Assembly: GCF_036321535.1 (NCBI RefSeq)
Contig: NC_087436.1
Span: forward strand, 44,890,001-44,954,000
DNA from: Camelus dromedarius
Lineage: Eukaryota
DNA: 64,000 bases
Reading direction: 5' to 3'
Shown: one piece after another, positions 27,149 to 39,949 of the stretch
How the letters are laid out: each line of letters opens with the position of its first letter
Numbering within the stretch: position 1 is the first letter of the stretch
The notes under the pieces: generated by a model
What the model was told of the DNA's origin: nothing
The model's database searches: none
Seen by the model: the letters and a program-made list of their open reading frames with translations, nothing else
Translations under genes and position numbers: made by a program

Positions 27149-27203
27149 CATATATATATATATTTTTTTTGTCTGTGTGTGTGTGCATGTCTGTCTGTGT
27201 GTG
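27149..27203. repeat. (TA)n, T-run and imperfect (TG)n simple repeats
   Basis: Read directly. Confidence 0.8.
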
Positions 27204-29455
27204 TTACAGTTACACAACTAGCTAGAGAAGTGTGAGTCCAAACATTGATCACACTCGATGTTACTCCACTGGGTCATTTTATAGATTTTTCTCCCCAATG
27301 CTTTATTTCCTGAGGTTTTAAAGAAAGGAAGATCTGCCTGGTTTATGCCCATCTTCTAGGTCCCAACAAAAGACATGGCCATAATTAGGCATTCAAAGCC
27401 ATAATCACAGGATCAAAATCACACAGAGTTGTAACGAGCACATGGGCACAGAGGCAACTTGGCGTGCTTAGATTTTACTAGGCACCTCCCCCGTTGCATT
27501 AGTTGTTTTTATTTTTGACTAGACAGATGTACCTCATCTCTGTTTTAGAAGCCTCTCAAGCTTTGTACCTGAATTCTCTCAAATCTGGACCCAAATGAAG
27601 AAAATTGGTTTATACACACACTCAAAATTGTTCAGTAGTTGATTAAAGCTTTGGCTCTGCAAGAGTAATAGACTTGCAACAATAGAGTTGCTAATCTGTG
27701 TGAAGTAGTTGCACACATATGCTTCTTTTTCTTCGACATGACTTAGCAATAGTGGAGTCCGAAATATCACAGTCATTGATGTTCATCCAAATCACTATTT
27801 TCCATCACTTAGTGCATTACTTTGATATGGACGTATTTATAAAAAGTCTGTGTATGGATGCATGTGCCTTGAATTTCTGAATTTCTAAATTCACTAGCAT
27901 CAATTATTATATTTTTTTACAGAAAAATACAGCTCTACCTAGTTCTAAATCATAGATAGAGACAATTTAAAAACGTAAAGTAGCCAGCAAATGACGGGAT
28001 AAATAGAGCAAGAGGAGCTACGTTAGTCTTCCCTTCTTACATGCGGGAGCTCAGAAAACGCTGTTGGACATAGCGCTTTATTCGAAGAGGTTTCACACAT
28101 GCATTTTTAATCAGGATTATATTTCACAGAGATCTGTCACCGCTCACAAGTGCAGCCGGCCGGTCCTCCTTGAAATGTATCAGCTCTCGGTCTCAGCCCT
28201 GAACTAGTTTTTCTTTGTACAAATCTAGACTTGGTGATCCACAAGGTGGTGTTTTTCTTAAAAGGAAAAAATAATCCTTTACAATTGCTTAGGACCCCCA
28301 TGCACATTATTTTTAGTTCAAACATACAACTGTTTTAACCTGGAACCATCTTCTAAATCACTCTCTCCGCCAAGTTTAGAGTCTAAACATTTGGCTTTAA
28401 GGTGTTTGCTAAACTAGAAGATCTAGTAAGTGGCTGTTTTATATTTAATTATTTGCATAAATTTTTATGTTGAGAGAATCTTACATTTTTCTTCTACTCT
28501 TGATCTATTGTATTATTAATCTATTCTCTCCTAGAACAATGATTAAGATGGCATACTAAGCAAAATTAGTGAAAAATATTTATATGGGTAACTTTCTCCA
28601 ATGTGCTCCAGATATTAGACATATTATGTGACCATACTATAAGCATATGTTATTTTATATACCTATGTGTACAAAATATCCTATAGAAATTTATACATGT
28701 AGAGAAGCCAAAATGTGTGTATGTATATATGTATATCCCTAACACTGCCTGAGCTAACAAAACAGATATAAAAGCCAAACAAGGAGGTTAAAGATCATGG
28801 TTAGTATTGAATAAATTTGAAATTATGCAATAATTATTCATGATATTTTAAATGATCTATTTTATAATGCTTATATTTTGAAAACTTCAGCTTATTTATA
28901 ACAACAAAAATTATTGTTGTTAATAAAAATAATCAAATATTCAGATTAATACAGGAACAGAGGAGATTTTTTTTCTAAGCTTAAGTTTGCATATAGAGTG
29001 TTTAATGGCTAAAAAATAGCAAATCTCTGTTAAAGCACACCCCACACAGTACACCTCTAGGAACTAACACTTGTCTCAAAATACATTTCAAAGAGTGTGT
29101 AACAGAATTTTTTTTTCAGTTACAAAAATCTCTAATATTGGTGAAAATGCAAAAGAGTACAGTCAGTTTAAGATCTGTAGGTTGGGGACGACCGTGTATC
29201 AGCGTAAGTCCAGGCGAACAGGCCGACACCAATAGCACAGGAATATTCACTCTAAGTAACCATGTCTACTATATGTTGTCAAGCAACTGGTCATAAAAGC
29301 CCTGAATAAAAGGGCATTTGAAATTGGATCGTTCTGAAAATACCACAGCTGATTTTTTATATTCTCTGACAGTTAAGAACAAAAAGACTTTCAGACGAAG
29401 ATTTTAGACACTCCTTGTGATACTTGACGTCCCTAAAGTTTATGCAGAAGATTAC

Positions 29456-29609
29456 CAAAAGTCTGGAATCCCCTAAAAAAAGTCAGTATTAAGCCATTTG
29501 ATTCTCAGTTGCTTCATATTCCTGAAGTGACTATATTCCTCTCCATCATCATCATAAACACTGTACATTTTCACATCTGTCAAAGCATTTAAAAACCCGG
29601 AGCTTACAT
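29456..29609 (-). other. Candidate exon behind a very strong splice acceptor (3' boundary uncertain)
   Basis: Minus strand: gcctttctttctccccgttttgcag|ATGTAAGC...; possible donor TTG|gtaatc at 29455, or a longer terminal exon. Confidence 0.5.
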
Positions 29610-30399
29610 CTGCAAAACGGGGAGAAAGAAAGGCAGCCTAGAATGTTACACAGAGTCCTTTTTAGAAAAATCACATTTTTAATAGTTAAGGCTTTATTTA
29701 ATTTTACCACAATCAGGTTTGGAAAATAAATTTCAAAATTCTATTGCATCTAATTGGCGGCACAAGTACCAATGACTCAAAATTTTCAGGAGCTTAAAAG
29801 ATAAAATTGTCTTTCAGATCCAAATTGTTGCCTAGTTGAAGTACAAGGAAAAAGAAGGCATTAAAGCAATCATACTTTTTTTTATCCATTGCTTTAGCAT
29901 TTAGTTAACAAGGAATCTGTGGCTTTGGAGTTGCTTAGCCAACAGGCTTGTAAGGCACATTTATATGCCCCAAATGGTTTCATGTTTCCAAAGTGAAATT
30001 TTATAAGGTATTAGTTTAAAATATTTATCTCTTTTTTTAGGAAAATTTTTCTCTATAGTCTGGGGGGAAAAAAAGACTTTATAAATGACTTTTCCCTCAG
30101 CACATATTAATGTTTAAGCTACATAATAAAGAATAAAGGTAGTAAAAGGAAATCATTTAAAACATGATGTAAAAAAACAAATTTCACACAACCTAAAAGG
30201 GTGTCATTACAGAAGATTGATCAATAGTACAAAGTTTTGCATTTTTCTTGAGAAGTACAGACCTAAACTTCCTAGATCTTATTGAAATCTGAAAGATGTT
30301 AATCCTTGTATGCTTATAATTCTGTTTGTTTTTTAATATATATGATGATCTTGAAGTGGATAATAAGCATATTTAATTTATTATACAAACATTCATCAT

Positions 30400-30560
30400 T
30401 AAGAGAGCAATAAGCTTGAAGCCAAAATATCTGTATTTGAGCCCTCCCTTTACAGCTTGTACCTAATTCCCTGAAATGGCACTTCCTCATCTGAAAAGTG
30501 GGAATTATTTCTGTCTCGATTCACCTGTCTCACAAGTTTGTGAGAATGAGGGATAATTAC
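30400..30560 (+). mobile_element. MIR SINE fragment
   Basis: cacttcctcatctgaaaagtgggaatt...ctcacaagtttgtgagaatgagggataat. Confidence 0.6.
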
Positions 30561-30689
30561 TCTCACTGTGATGAGAATACTTTCTGTCTTTCTGGAGTAC
30601 ATGGGCCCCATATATAACAACTTTAATCTCAGAGGAATGAGGTTGGTGTCTCCCTATTACATTTTTAACGAGTGTCACCAGAAAATAAC

Positions 30690-30845
30690 TTATTTATTTA
30701 TTCATATGTCTATCCATGGTCTCCCTGTTGTAGAATGGAAGATCCTTCTGGGCAGTGACTTTGTCTTTTTTGTCTCTGTATCCCCAGGTCCAGAATCAGT
30801 CACTGGTACATCAAAGATGCTCCAGTACATGTTACTGAGCTAATT
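30690..30845 (+). mobile_element. L2 3' end fragment
   Basis: tagaatggaagatccttctgggcagtgactttgtc...tctgtatccccagg...ctggtacatc. Confidence 0.7.
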
Positions 30846-31149
30846 ATCTAAAAGCTATGTATTCAAATAAAAATGTAAGAATATAGGCTTCTGCTACTTT
30901 CTCCCAGCAGATCCATATTCCAATGAATCTTTCAGGGATAGGTGACATGATGATGTGATCAATAAATATGACTCAACTAAATCCAAGCCTTTACATTCAT
31001 AAGTAGTTTTCCATTGGCAAAGGGCTTTCCCATGGTCTGCATGACCTGATACTCTTAACAGCATGTATACAGCATCTGTATTATTCTGGTTTATGCAGGA
31101 CACAACTGATGTCATTGTTCACATCAAAGACCATACTACTCATTGTATT

Positions 31150-32600
31150 TCATCTCCCTTTTACCCTTTTACCTATTTTGTTTCTGTAATTGTCCCTTCC
31201 TCTCCCACATCATGATTCCCACCAGCATGCAAACATTTTGTAATATTACTCATTTAAAAACAAGTCTTTTTTTGATTCCCTCATCAGCTGCAGCTTCCAC
31301 TTCACTTCTCTGCAACTCATTCCAGTCTCTCCTTAGTCTACCTGTGAGGATTGTCCATTGGCTTCCCTACTTCCAATCTTCCCATTCCCCACTGAACTGA
31401 CCTTAGTCAAGATTTCAACTCTACCAACTCTGAAACCCCTTTCATCAAAGTCACCAATGATGTCCATGTTTATAAATCCAATAGTACTCAGTTAATCTTC
31501 ATCCAACAATCTCTTAGTGGACTTTAACAATTGATTACATTCACCTTTTTTGAGACATTTCCTTTACTTGGCTTTTAGGAAATCACTGGGCACACTTTCT
31601 CAACTTCCATTGATAGATGTGTCACCTTTCCCTTCTCTAACTGCTGAAATTAGCCAAGCATGCTTCTTTACCCTCTTTTCTACCTCCTTGATCCCTAGGT
31701 GGTCAACTGCAATCATTTGGCTTTAAATACCAACCATAAACTAGCAACTCCCATATTTATATCTTATATTCTAACTCTCCTCTTAACTCCAGACCCCTAT
31801 ACCTCAAGTAGCATGTTTAATAGGCATCTCAAATTTAACATAACACAAACTGAACTCTTGATTTTTCCCCCAAATCTGCTCTTTCTGAGATCTTTTGTAT
31901 TACAGTAAGTGACACCAAGATTCTGCCAATTACTCTTGAAAACAAACAAGTACATAAACAGACAATCTTGAGAATTATCCTTGACTTCTATTTTGCGTAT
32001 CTTGCATCTAGCCCATCAGCAAATTCTGTCAGCTCCATCTTCAAAGCATAACCAGAATCCAATAAATTCTCATCATATCTCAACAAGATTTAGCATCTCT
32101 TGCCTTAACTACTAATAGAGCTTCCAATCTCTTCATCTGGCTTCCACTTTTGTCTCCCCAGGATCTATTTATATTTAGAACCCAAATCAAATTGTATCAC
32201 TAATTGGAACCATCCAATGGCTTTCTATCACACTTAGAATAAGACCTAAAGACCCAAGGTTCTACAACATCTACCCCTCTAGCCTCACATTCCTAATTTT
32301 TTCTCCTATCACTTTTCCCATATCTCTTTGGGCTTTTGCTCTTCCTCAAGGATGGTGATCACACTCTTGCTGAAGTGTCTTTATATTTATTTTTCCCTCT
32401 GCATGAAGTATTCTTTACTAAATATTCTAATGGCATGCCCCCTCAATTCATTCAATGTCAGCTCAAAGCCATTAGTAACTGTTTATTTTTTGATACTAGA
32501 ATATAAACTCAATGAGGGCAAAGATTGTTTCTGTCTTTTTCCTTTGTGTATTCCTGACAGTACAGTGCCTGAAAGAAAGCATGGTCTCCGTATTTTTGGA
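31150..32600 (+). mobile_element. L2 3' portion
   Basis: Pyrimidine-rich; tcaaagtcaccaatga, taataggcatctcaaatttaacat, ccatcagcaaattctgtcagctc, tagaatataaactcaatgagggca. Confidence 0.8.
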
Positions 32601-32700
32601 AGGATGGAAGGAAAAAGTAAAGAAGGAAGGAAAAAAAGGGAGGGAAGAAGGAAGGGAAGAGGAAGGAAAACAGGGAGGAACTAGAAGAGAGTGGGAAGAA
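32598..32700. repeat. GA-rich low-complexity tract at the L2 tail
   Basis: ggaaggatggaaggaaa...gaggaaggaaaacagggagg. Confidence 0.8.
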
Positions 32701-34199
32701 TTAAGGTGATATGGAAGTTGATTTTGTTTTCAGTTATGTAATTACAAAAATAACTCTCATGTACCAAGCATTGTATCATTATAGACAAATTAAATGGACT
32801 GAACTGGATGGGATACAAACAGAAAACATTTGGAAGATGCTCTTCCAAATCTCATGTTTTTAGTATATGCCAGTAGCTATCCAGGCATTTTCAGCTAAAA
32901 CGATAATCATTTGGGCAATTAAGATTCACTTTAGACTTTTTAAGCTTTAAATGAATTTAATTTAAAACTTTAAGTTCCATTCCAAATCATCCCTCCTCAC
33001 CCCAGCTCCAGCCTGAGCAGCGTCTCTGGGAAAAGATAATGGCAGCTGCCCTTCTGCGTTCCCTTGCCTTCTCTCCTTCCCACCTCCGAGTGTTCCAGGG
33101 CTTGGGGTGGGAGGTGGGTTTTTAAGAAAGGGGAGGAAATGCATTTTCATTGAGTTGGTGCATTTTGTAGCCTTTCATGGCTAATATTGGACAGCACTAC
33201 CATAGCAGGCATCCAAAAGCTGGTCTTTCAAGAAGCACCATAAGTGGGTTTCCTTGGGAGGATCCAGGAAAATATTTGTGCTGAATTTCTCAGGAACAGA
33301 GAAGGGCATCTTTCAGGGGGGCAGAGAAGTGATTGTGGGGTTGAGAGCACAAAGACTAAGGAAATGGTTTGAATCAACTACTCTTGGAATTCGACTAGAC
33401 CAACATTAAAAGAATAAAAGTACTCAGTCAAGCTGCATCTGAGGCTATTCCTTATCAACAGACTATCAACACCTCTAAATATAAAATAAAAATATGCAAA
33501 GTAACTAAACTTGTGTTTTAACATTACATTTAAATCAATTATGAGAAGATAGTTAGTGTTTAAGGGTATAACTAAGTTTAGTAAACCACCCAGCTGACAT
33601 ATAAATAATAATACAAAGTGAATTCAAATAGGCTTAAACATGAAAACTGTGGAGGGACCGCAAAAATTTATGATTTAGTGCAATGTTCCAAAGGAGAATG
33701 TACGTGTTGCAGGAATCCAAATTAGATCTCTATTCATTCAACAATTCCCTAATTATCTGAAATGCTGTGTTTCATGTTAATTCAATTCTCTGATCATACT
33801 ATGTAATTGTCAGTTAAAACAGAGACACTATTGCAAGAATACCTGCAGTGGTTAGACATCATGGTAAGTTTTTAAAAATTTTTAATTGAAATTTTTAAAC
33901 AGCAAAACAATAAATTGTCCAGGACAATCATTTCATTTACAGAAGCAGCATGTGATAATTTACTTAGAAAGAGAACTCTGAGATATGCGATTTCTGTTAG
34001 AGTTGATGCTCAGATACTAGCTGAAGTCGGTTGCATTAATGACTACATGTTTAAGGGAAAAAGCAAATATGATCAATAATTTTATATTTTATGTTAGTGT
34101 GTGGGGAAAATATGAAGTTCAATTTTTTAGTGGTTTCCCACTTACTAAAATTTAAACCCTTTATTTTTTATCCTTTTACAAATGTCTATAACCTGCCAA

Positions 34200-34590
34200 C
34201 TTTCCCAGTATTTTCTTTTATTCTTGCCCAGACCTGTCGGCTCCAGCTGAATACCTGGCTTGTCACTCTCTCTCAATTTTGTTCCTTTTTCTCTCCCACT
34301 GGTTCCTTTCTAAGGAAATGCCTTCTTCCCATATTTCTCTATCAAAAATCATATGACCCTTTAAGGTTAAGTTTAAAGCAAATTTTTTCCTCTGTACACT
34401 GCTCACCTCAGCTGCTTGTGCAATTGCCCTTTTCTTAAAATGTATATTTTTATCATCCATTTTTCTCCAGGCATTTACTGTCACTTATTGCAATCTTTGT
34501 GAACATATCGTCCCAATTAAGAACTATAGCCTAGAGATGAAATGTTGTCACATATTCAATTAGGTTTCCCACAATATCCATAGGACCATA
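34200..34590 (+). mobile_element. Degenerate L2 3' fragment
   Basis: CT-rich, ends with tcccaattaagaactatagcc...ttcccacaatatcca. Confidence 0.45.
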
Positions 34591-34592
34591 GA

Positions 34593-34641
34593 TGTGTGTG
34601 TGTGTGTGCGCACGCGCAAGTGTATGTGCATGTGTATATGT
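34593..34641. repeat. Imperfect (TG)n / alternating purine-pyrimidine tract
   Basis: tgtgtgtgtgtgtgtgcgcacgcgcaagtgtatgtgcatgtgtatatg. Confidence 0.85.
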
Positions 34642-34644
34642 ATT

Positions 34645-35610
34645 TCTATTTATCCAGTGTATATTGTTTATGCCCCTGTTTGACCCCCATGCTTGTCACT
34701 ATCATAGGTTACAAGGCACTGGAGAAAAGCCACTGAAACACTTGACAATCTTTAGCCTAAGATTGTTTATGCCTAATGAGGAATGTAGACAAATGAGTAA
34801 TTCAATTTCAGTGGAAAAAACTGCCATGTAAGGAGTCTCATGAGAGAAAATAGAAGGAGCAACTTATCCAGATGTGAAGAAATAGAGAACATGACATGGA
34901 AGGGGAATTCAAGGATAGGTCGAAGACATCAAAGTAAGAGGAAAGAAACAGTTCTAGGTAGACGAAAGGGCAAACGAGAAGGTTCAGGTGAGAGTCTGTG
35001 TTACTCAAAGAGCTGAAATAATGTGTGGTGGGGCCAGGATGAGAAGCAGAGTGGCAGATGAGGGAGGGGAGGGCTAATGGTGCCCCTTTGGTAAGAAGGC
35101 AGTATTTCAGGACAGAGGAAATAGTCAGTGGCATCACGTGCTGCCAAGATAACAAATAAGAAGCAGACTGAGCAGTGTCTATCCGGTTTAGCATAAAAAG
35201 ACCTTTGGTAACTGGCAAAACAGCTTTCATGATGGCCTTAAAATCAAACTATAGTGGACCAAGGGGAAAAGTGGAGAATGTGAAAGTGAGGTGAGAGCAT
35301 AGATAATGTTTTCATTGAGTTGGACCATTAGCAGAAGGGAGAAATAGGGGGCTTCAGAGAAGATGAGGAACATTTGGGCATGGTAAAAAATCTGAGAAGG
35401 AGAAGCCCATAAGAAGAAATGGAGATAATCGATAAATCAAATTCACCCAGGAAGTGGGAAAAATGGGATTTAGGGCATGAGGGAGGGAAGAGCCCTAGTT
35501 AAGAGGACATGGGTAACATCACTTTTTCCATTTTAAGGGAAGGGGAAAATTCGGAAAGAGTAAATGTATGTACATGTAAATGTCTAGCTTGGCTGGGAGG
35601 AAGTTGAAGA
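34645..35610 (-). mobile_element. L2 fragment(s)
   Basis: agacctttggtaactggcaaaacagctttcatga, gagcatagataatgttttca, gggatttagggca. Confidence 0.65.
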
Positions 35611-36037
35611 ACTAATATGTTCCCTATGGTACCACTGCCCTAATGTATTCACAGTCATTTCTCAGAGAAAGTGCCACATTCCATTCCAAGGTTGATAGTG
35701 AGCAGACCCAGAACGTTCTGATGGCTTCCCAACTGAGCTAGAAAGAATAAGTTAGGAATAAGCCAAAGTACATCTAGTTGGAGGTTGGGACAAAGTAACT
35801 GTGACGGAAAGGCTGTCCCGCTAGCTCCAGCCCCGCTCACCCTACAGAGGCCTCAGATGTCATTTAATATGAACTTCAAGACAGATGAGCAAACCCCAGC
35901 TCAATCTAGTGCAATATTTCTATTCAAGATTTCATCTCTATGGATTGGCTGGAGTCTAAGAGGCTGTATTAATAATCAACTATACTTTTGTGGCTGGAAT
36001 TAAAGACTGTAAAAGCAGGACAAGGGATTACCTGTCA

Positions 36038-36225
36038 TCCAGCCGTCCTTCACGTGAACATGCACGAATCCCCTAGGGAGTTTGTTAAAATGCATATTCC
36101 CTGATCCCACCACCACACATTCTGATTCCAACAAACCTATGGCAGAGCCCTGATACATTCACTTTTCACAGTCATGCCATGTGATTCAAGTGTAGATGTC
36201 CCACTTTTGAGCAAAATCTTCTAAC
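36038..36225. mobile_element. MER5-family MITE
   Basis: gaatcccctagggagtttgttaaaatgcatattccctga...ttctgattc...tgtgattc...cacttttgag. Confidence 0.7.
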
Positions 36226-39109
36226 AAAGAACAGAAAAATGTGGCAAGAAAACCAGATCAATTCATCCAGATATTCAGCTTAGCTTTTGAGGTCCTAGGC
36301 TAGGTTCTAGATCACCTTATGGAAAAATAGAAGGGAAAAAAATGTAGATACTGCAGACCCAAGTAACAAGGCCAATAGACCAGTAATCATGGCAGGTTCA
36401 GAAAAAATAAAACTAACCTACAATATATAGCAATAACAAAAGTTTTCACTGCACGCTTGGGGATAGGAACAATATTATAATGTAAACATATTATGATATA
36501 TTTAAGGAACATATAGAGACAAAGATCTCCACAAATATAATTTCTATGCAAATACCCAAAAGAGTAAAATCAAGAAATTTATTTGGTAACATTTACACTT
36601 TTTAGAAGACAAAAATATATTTTCTTCTGTTTGGAATATATCGACTAGTCCATCTAAAAACAGAACTAAATAATCTCTAGGGGTCCCCTATAAACTCTGA
36701 ATTATAAGAAATAATTATTTTATTCTTAGATTACCAAATGATACAGACAAGCTGATTTTCTCTCAAGTCTTATAAGAATAAATAGCTACAAAACCAGCAT
36801 CTATAATCAAGTCTATGCCTGTTTCAAGTCAACAAGCTAGTAGTCATGAGTATATTTACACCATAAATCCACAGATATTCTATTTTGGTAAAAGCATGAA
36901 ACTTATCTTTTCCTGCAAAGCACTTTATGTAAAGATAAAAACATCCTTCTACTCTGTTCCTAAATCTCACTGTACTAATTTTATTCTCATTTTCTTTTCA
37001 TCGCCATCAATATCAACCTCATCAACTCATTAAAAAACACTATTAATACCTGAGCTGGGAACTGTGCTGAGGAGCATACAAAGTGCACGACGCTTTCAGA
37101 TTAAACAAGTAATTATACAAATGCCCTTTAGTGCACATTTATCAGCAGAAAATCCGCATGAGAAGAAAATAGCCAAGGAAGCCAAAGTTATACATTTCTA
37201 AACACAAATACGTCACCTGAGTTAAAAAGAAGAGGCTTAATGAAAATAAACAGAGTTTTAAAAGAGAATTTGAAAGCCTAAACGCAGCTTAGGGCAAGTT
37301 GTGACTTTTCAGTATCACACAAGCATGCCATGGAAAAAGGACTATGCTCTCACCAAGTGGACAGGGCCACACTGAAACAAGATTCTCTCTTCAACAAACA
37401 TATTTTAAATGGGAAAGTTAGCATCATTTCCACAATCACTGAAATGCTAAACATTTTCTGTATTGTGTTCCCAGCATTGTATTTAGTTCACTTTTCTAAG
37501 AAGGTTCTGGGAACAGGGAGAGAAAAAAAATAGAGTGAAATCCTGAAATGTCTACATGTTACCCTTGGGAATTCAGACCATGTCAAAAAAAAAGGCTCTG
37601 AAACAAAATAATAATAGTAATTAATAACAATAATAAGCTTCGCAGGCCAGTGCAGCTCATCTTCCACCTTGACACGGGCATGGACAGCCTGTCACTATGA
37701 CTCCACATAGGTGAGAATTTATAGAAGAGAGATGGGGCAACCTTAGCCAAGAACTGGAGATCCTAATCAACAGCTATCTAGTGTAGTGGTCCAGAGTACT
37801 CTTCCACCTAAGACACCCTCTGGTTCATTCTCCCATCTCCACCACCAAATTCCTACGTTGCCCTCCACAGCTAGTCAAACTTGATCAGCAAAAGACTGCA
37901 CATAAAGTTTAATAAAACATAGTTCACACAATGTAGATTATTCCAGTCACCACATTTTTAACGTTTACATTCTCATTATCCTGCACAGGTTTATGCTGGT
38001 TAAATGTACAATTTTCAGGATGCTTATTGAAAATACTGATTATGTGCAATGGAGTAAAGATTTTACCTTCACAGTCAGTGCAGATATCTTCGTTTAGAAG
38101 CCTGGAATTCTGAAATCCAAAATGCTTTTTGAAAAATGCAACAAATGCTCATTTTTTTATATGTGGTAGTATGACTTTGGGTATTTAAAAATTGCCTCAA
38201 ATCAGAATAATTTATGCTTAAGAAATACCTAGAGAATTAAAGCTGCTTAGAGTTGAATAAAGTTGCAGTCCTTTTGAAAGCATCCCGACCAATTCCCCTT
38301 AGGTTTAAAGCTCTTCCAAGGTATTTTATGGTCATTTGAACTATCTCTTCTTGGCTTCCTAGTACATTTGAAAATATTTTCTATGTTTAGTAGCCATTTG
38401 AATTTTCTCCAGAACTGGTTTGGACACATATCTTCCAGAAAATCCTGATAAGAGTCATTATAGAATTGGAGGAAGAATTTTCTGGAGAATGAAAAATAGC
38501 AGGGTAGGAAAATTAGAGGATGGGAGTGGAGGAAAGAATGGGCAGGATGTTAGCAGGACCAATTCCCCGCCCTTCCCCTGATCTAGATTCTTTCTCTCCC
38601 TTTGCCATTTTTCCTCCTGGGGCCAGCTCTGTTCTCTGAGGTCCTTGCTCCTTTGCTCTGGGATAAAATAATTCAATCAAAATCTTTCCCCCTGGCCCAA
38701 AGGGACCTCACACCTCGCAGCTGCTTCTCTCTGAAGTGGAGAAGTATCGAAAGACAGAGCATAGTGAAAGCTGGTAAACATGTCTTCCTTTAAAAAGGGA
38801 AAACCACATATTGGAAGGTCATACTAACAACCAGGACTGTCATTTGGCTCCAATATTGCAACCACTAAATATAAAATTAAATTCTCCCATGTCCGATTCT
38901 TCTCCTGGGCCAGTACCAAAACAGTAAGTTGCCTAATCTTTTTTTTAAAATTTTTCCACCTATTCTCATAGCTTTAAAACCTACATTCTTTCTTTGGATG
39001 AAGCCAGAAAGCACTTCTCTCGCACAGAGGCTGTACTTTGTATTAATTGCTCTTACTGAATTATGTTTTCATACTCTGTCCTGGGTTCCCAGTGAGAATC
39101 TTCAAAAGA

Positions 39110-39385
39110 AGTCGTTACTTAAATATGACCTTATTCTGTGGAGACACACAGAAGTGGTCAACTGTAAAAGTCCGCATGGGAAGGATGCTCCCTAATCTCA
39201 CAAAAGTGACCGCCTGCAAGAAGGGAGGCAGGGAAAGTGGATGAAAAAGAGATGTAAATATATCCATACTGTTTTATTTCTTCCTTAAAAGAGATTTAAA
39301 ACTATTTGGAAGGATACGAAAACTATGTACAAACTGGGAACTGGATTATATTTTCTACAATGCTTTTCTGTATCTTTGGAATTTG
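39110..39385 (+). mobile_element. Ancient L1ME-like 3' end fragment
   Basis: Degenerate; gggaaggatgc...gtgaccgcctg...atactgttttatttctt...tgcttttctgtat. Confidence 0.4.
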
Positions 39386-39467
39386 GAATCCAGAACTTAA
39401 ACATATAAAGAAGACATCATAGAAAAATCCCTAATTTTTTTGAGGAAATTATTGAAACTATTCTTAT

Positions 39468-39610
39468 CTAGCGGCAGTCCCAAGCTTGAATGCTGGGAAT
39501 CTTGTCAACATGTGGATTAGCAGTTTTGGGTAGGGCCTGAGATTCCACATGTCTGACCAGCTTCTATTGATATTGGCCGAAGAACCACAATTTGAGTAGC
39601 AAGTGTCCAC
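39468..39610. mobile_element. MER5A-like MITE
   Basis: tgggtagggcctgagattccacatgtctgaccagct...gaaccacaatttgagtagcaag. Confidence 0.65.
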
Positions 39611-39949
39611 AGTGCACAACAGTTTCACTTTTTGATGAATGCATCAAAAATATGTCTCAGTTCCAGGAAAAGCTTTGCTTTTCCTTTGTAAATGTTATGA
39701 ATTTTGTTTCCCTCTTGACCTTGCCCACTAGGAAGCTCACAGATAAGCCTGTTACCCATCATGGGAATTGTCCAGGACTACACCACACACACTCTTATGA
39801 ACATATTTACTCTGGTTTTATTTTATTCTAACCATGTTGTCCTTTTGTCATAATTCTTATAGCTATACATCTTATTCCAACGTTATGTATCTCTTCTTAT
39901 ACACTGTTTCAAATCCTCTCAGTAATGAGGTTTGGCATAGTTAAGTTAA

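Noticed and set aside
29480..29556. C/D snoRNA-like boxes (ATGATGA...CTGA) on the minus strand
   Set aside because: No terminal stem and no recognisable guide; the C box falls in a (GAT)n run
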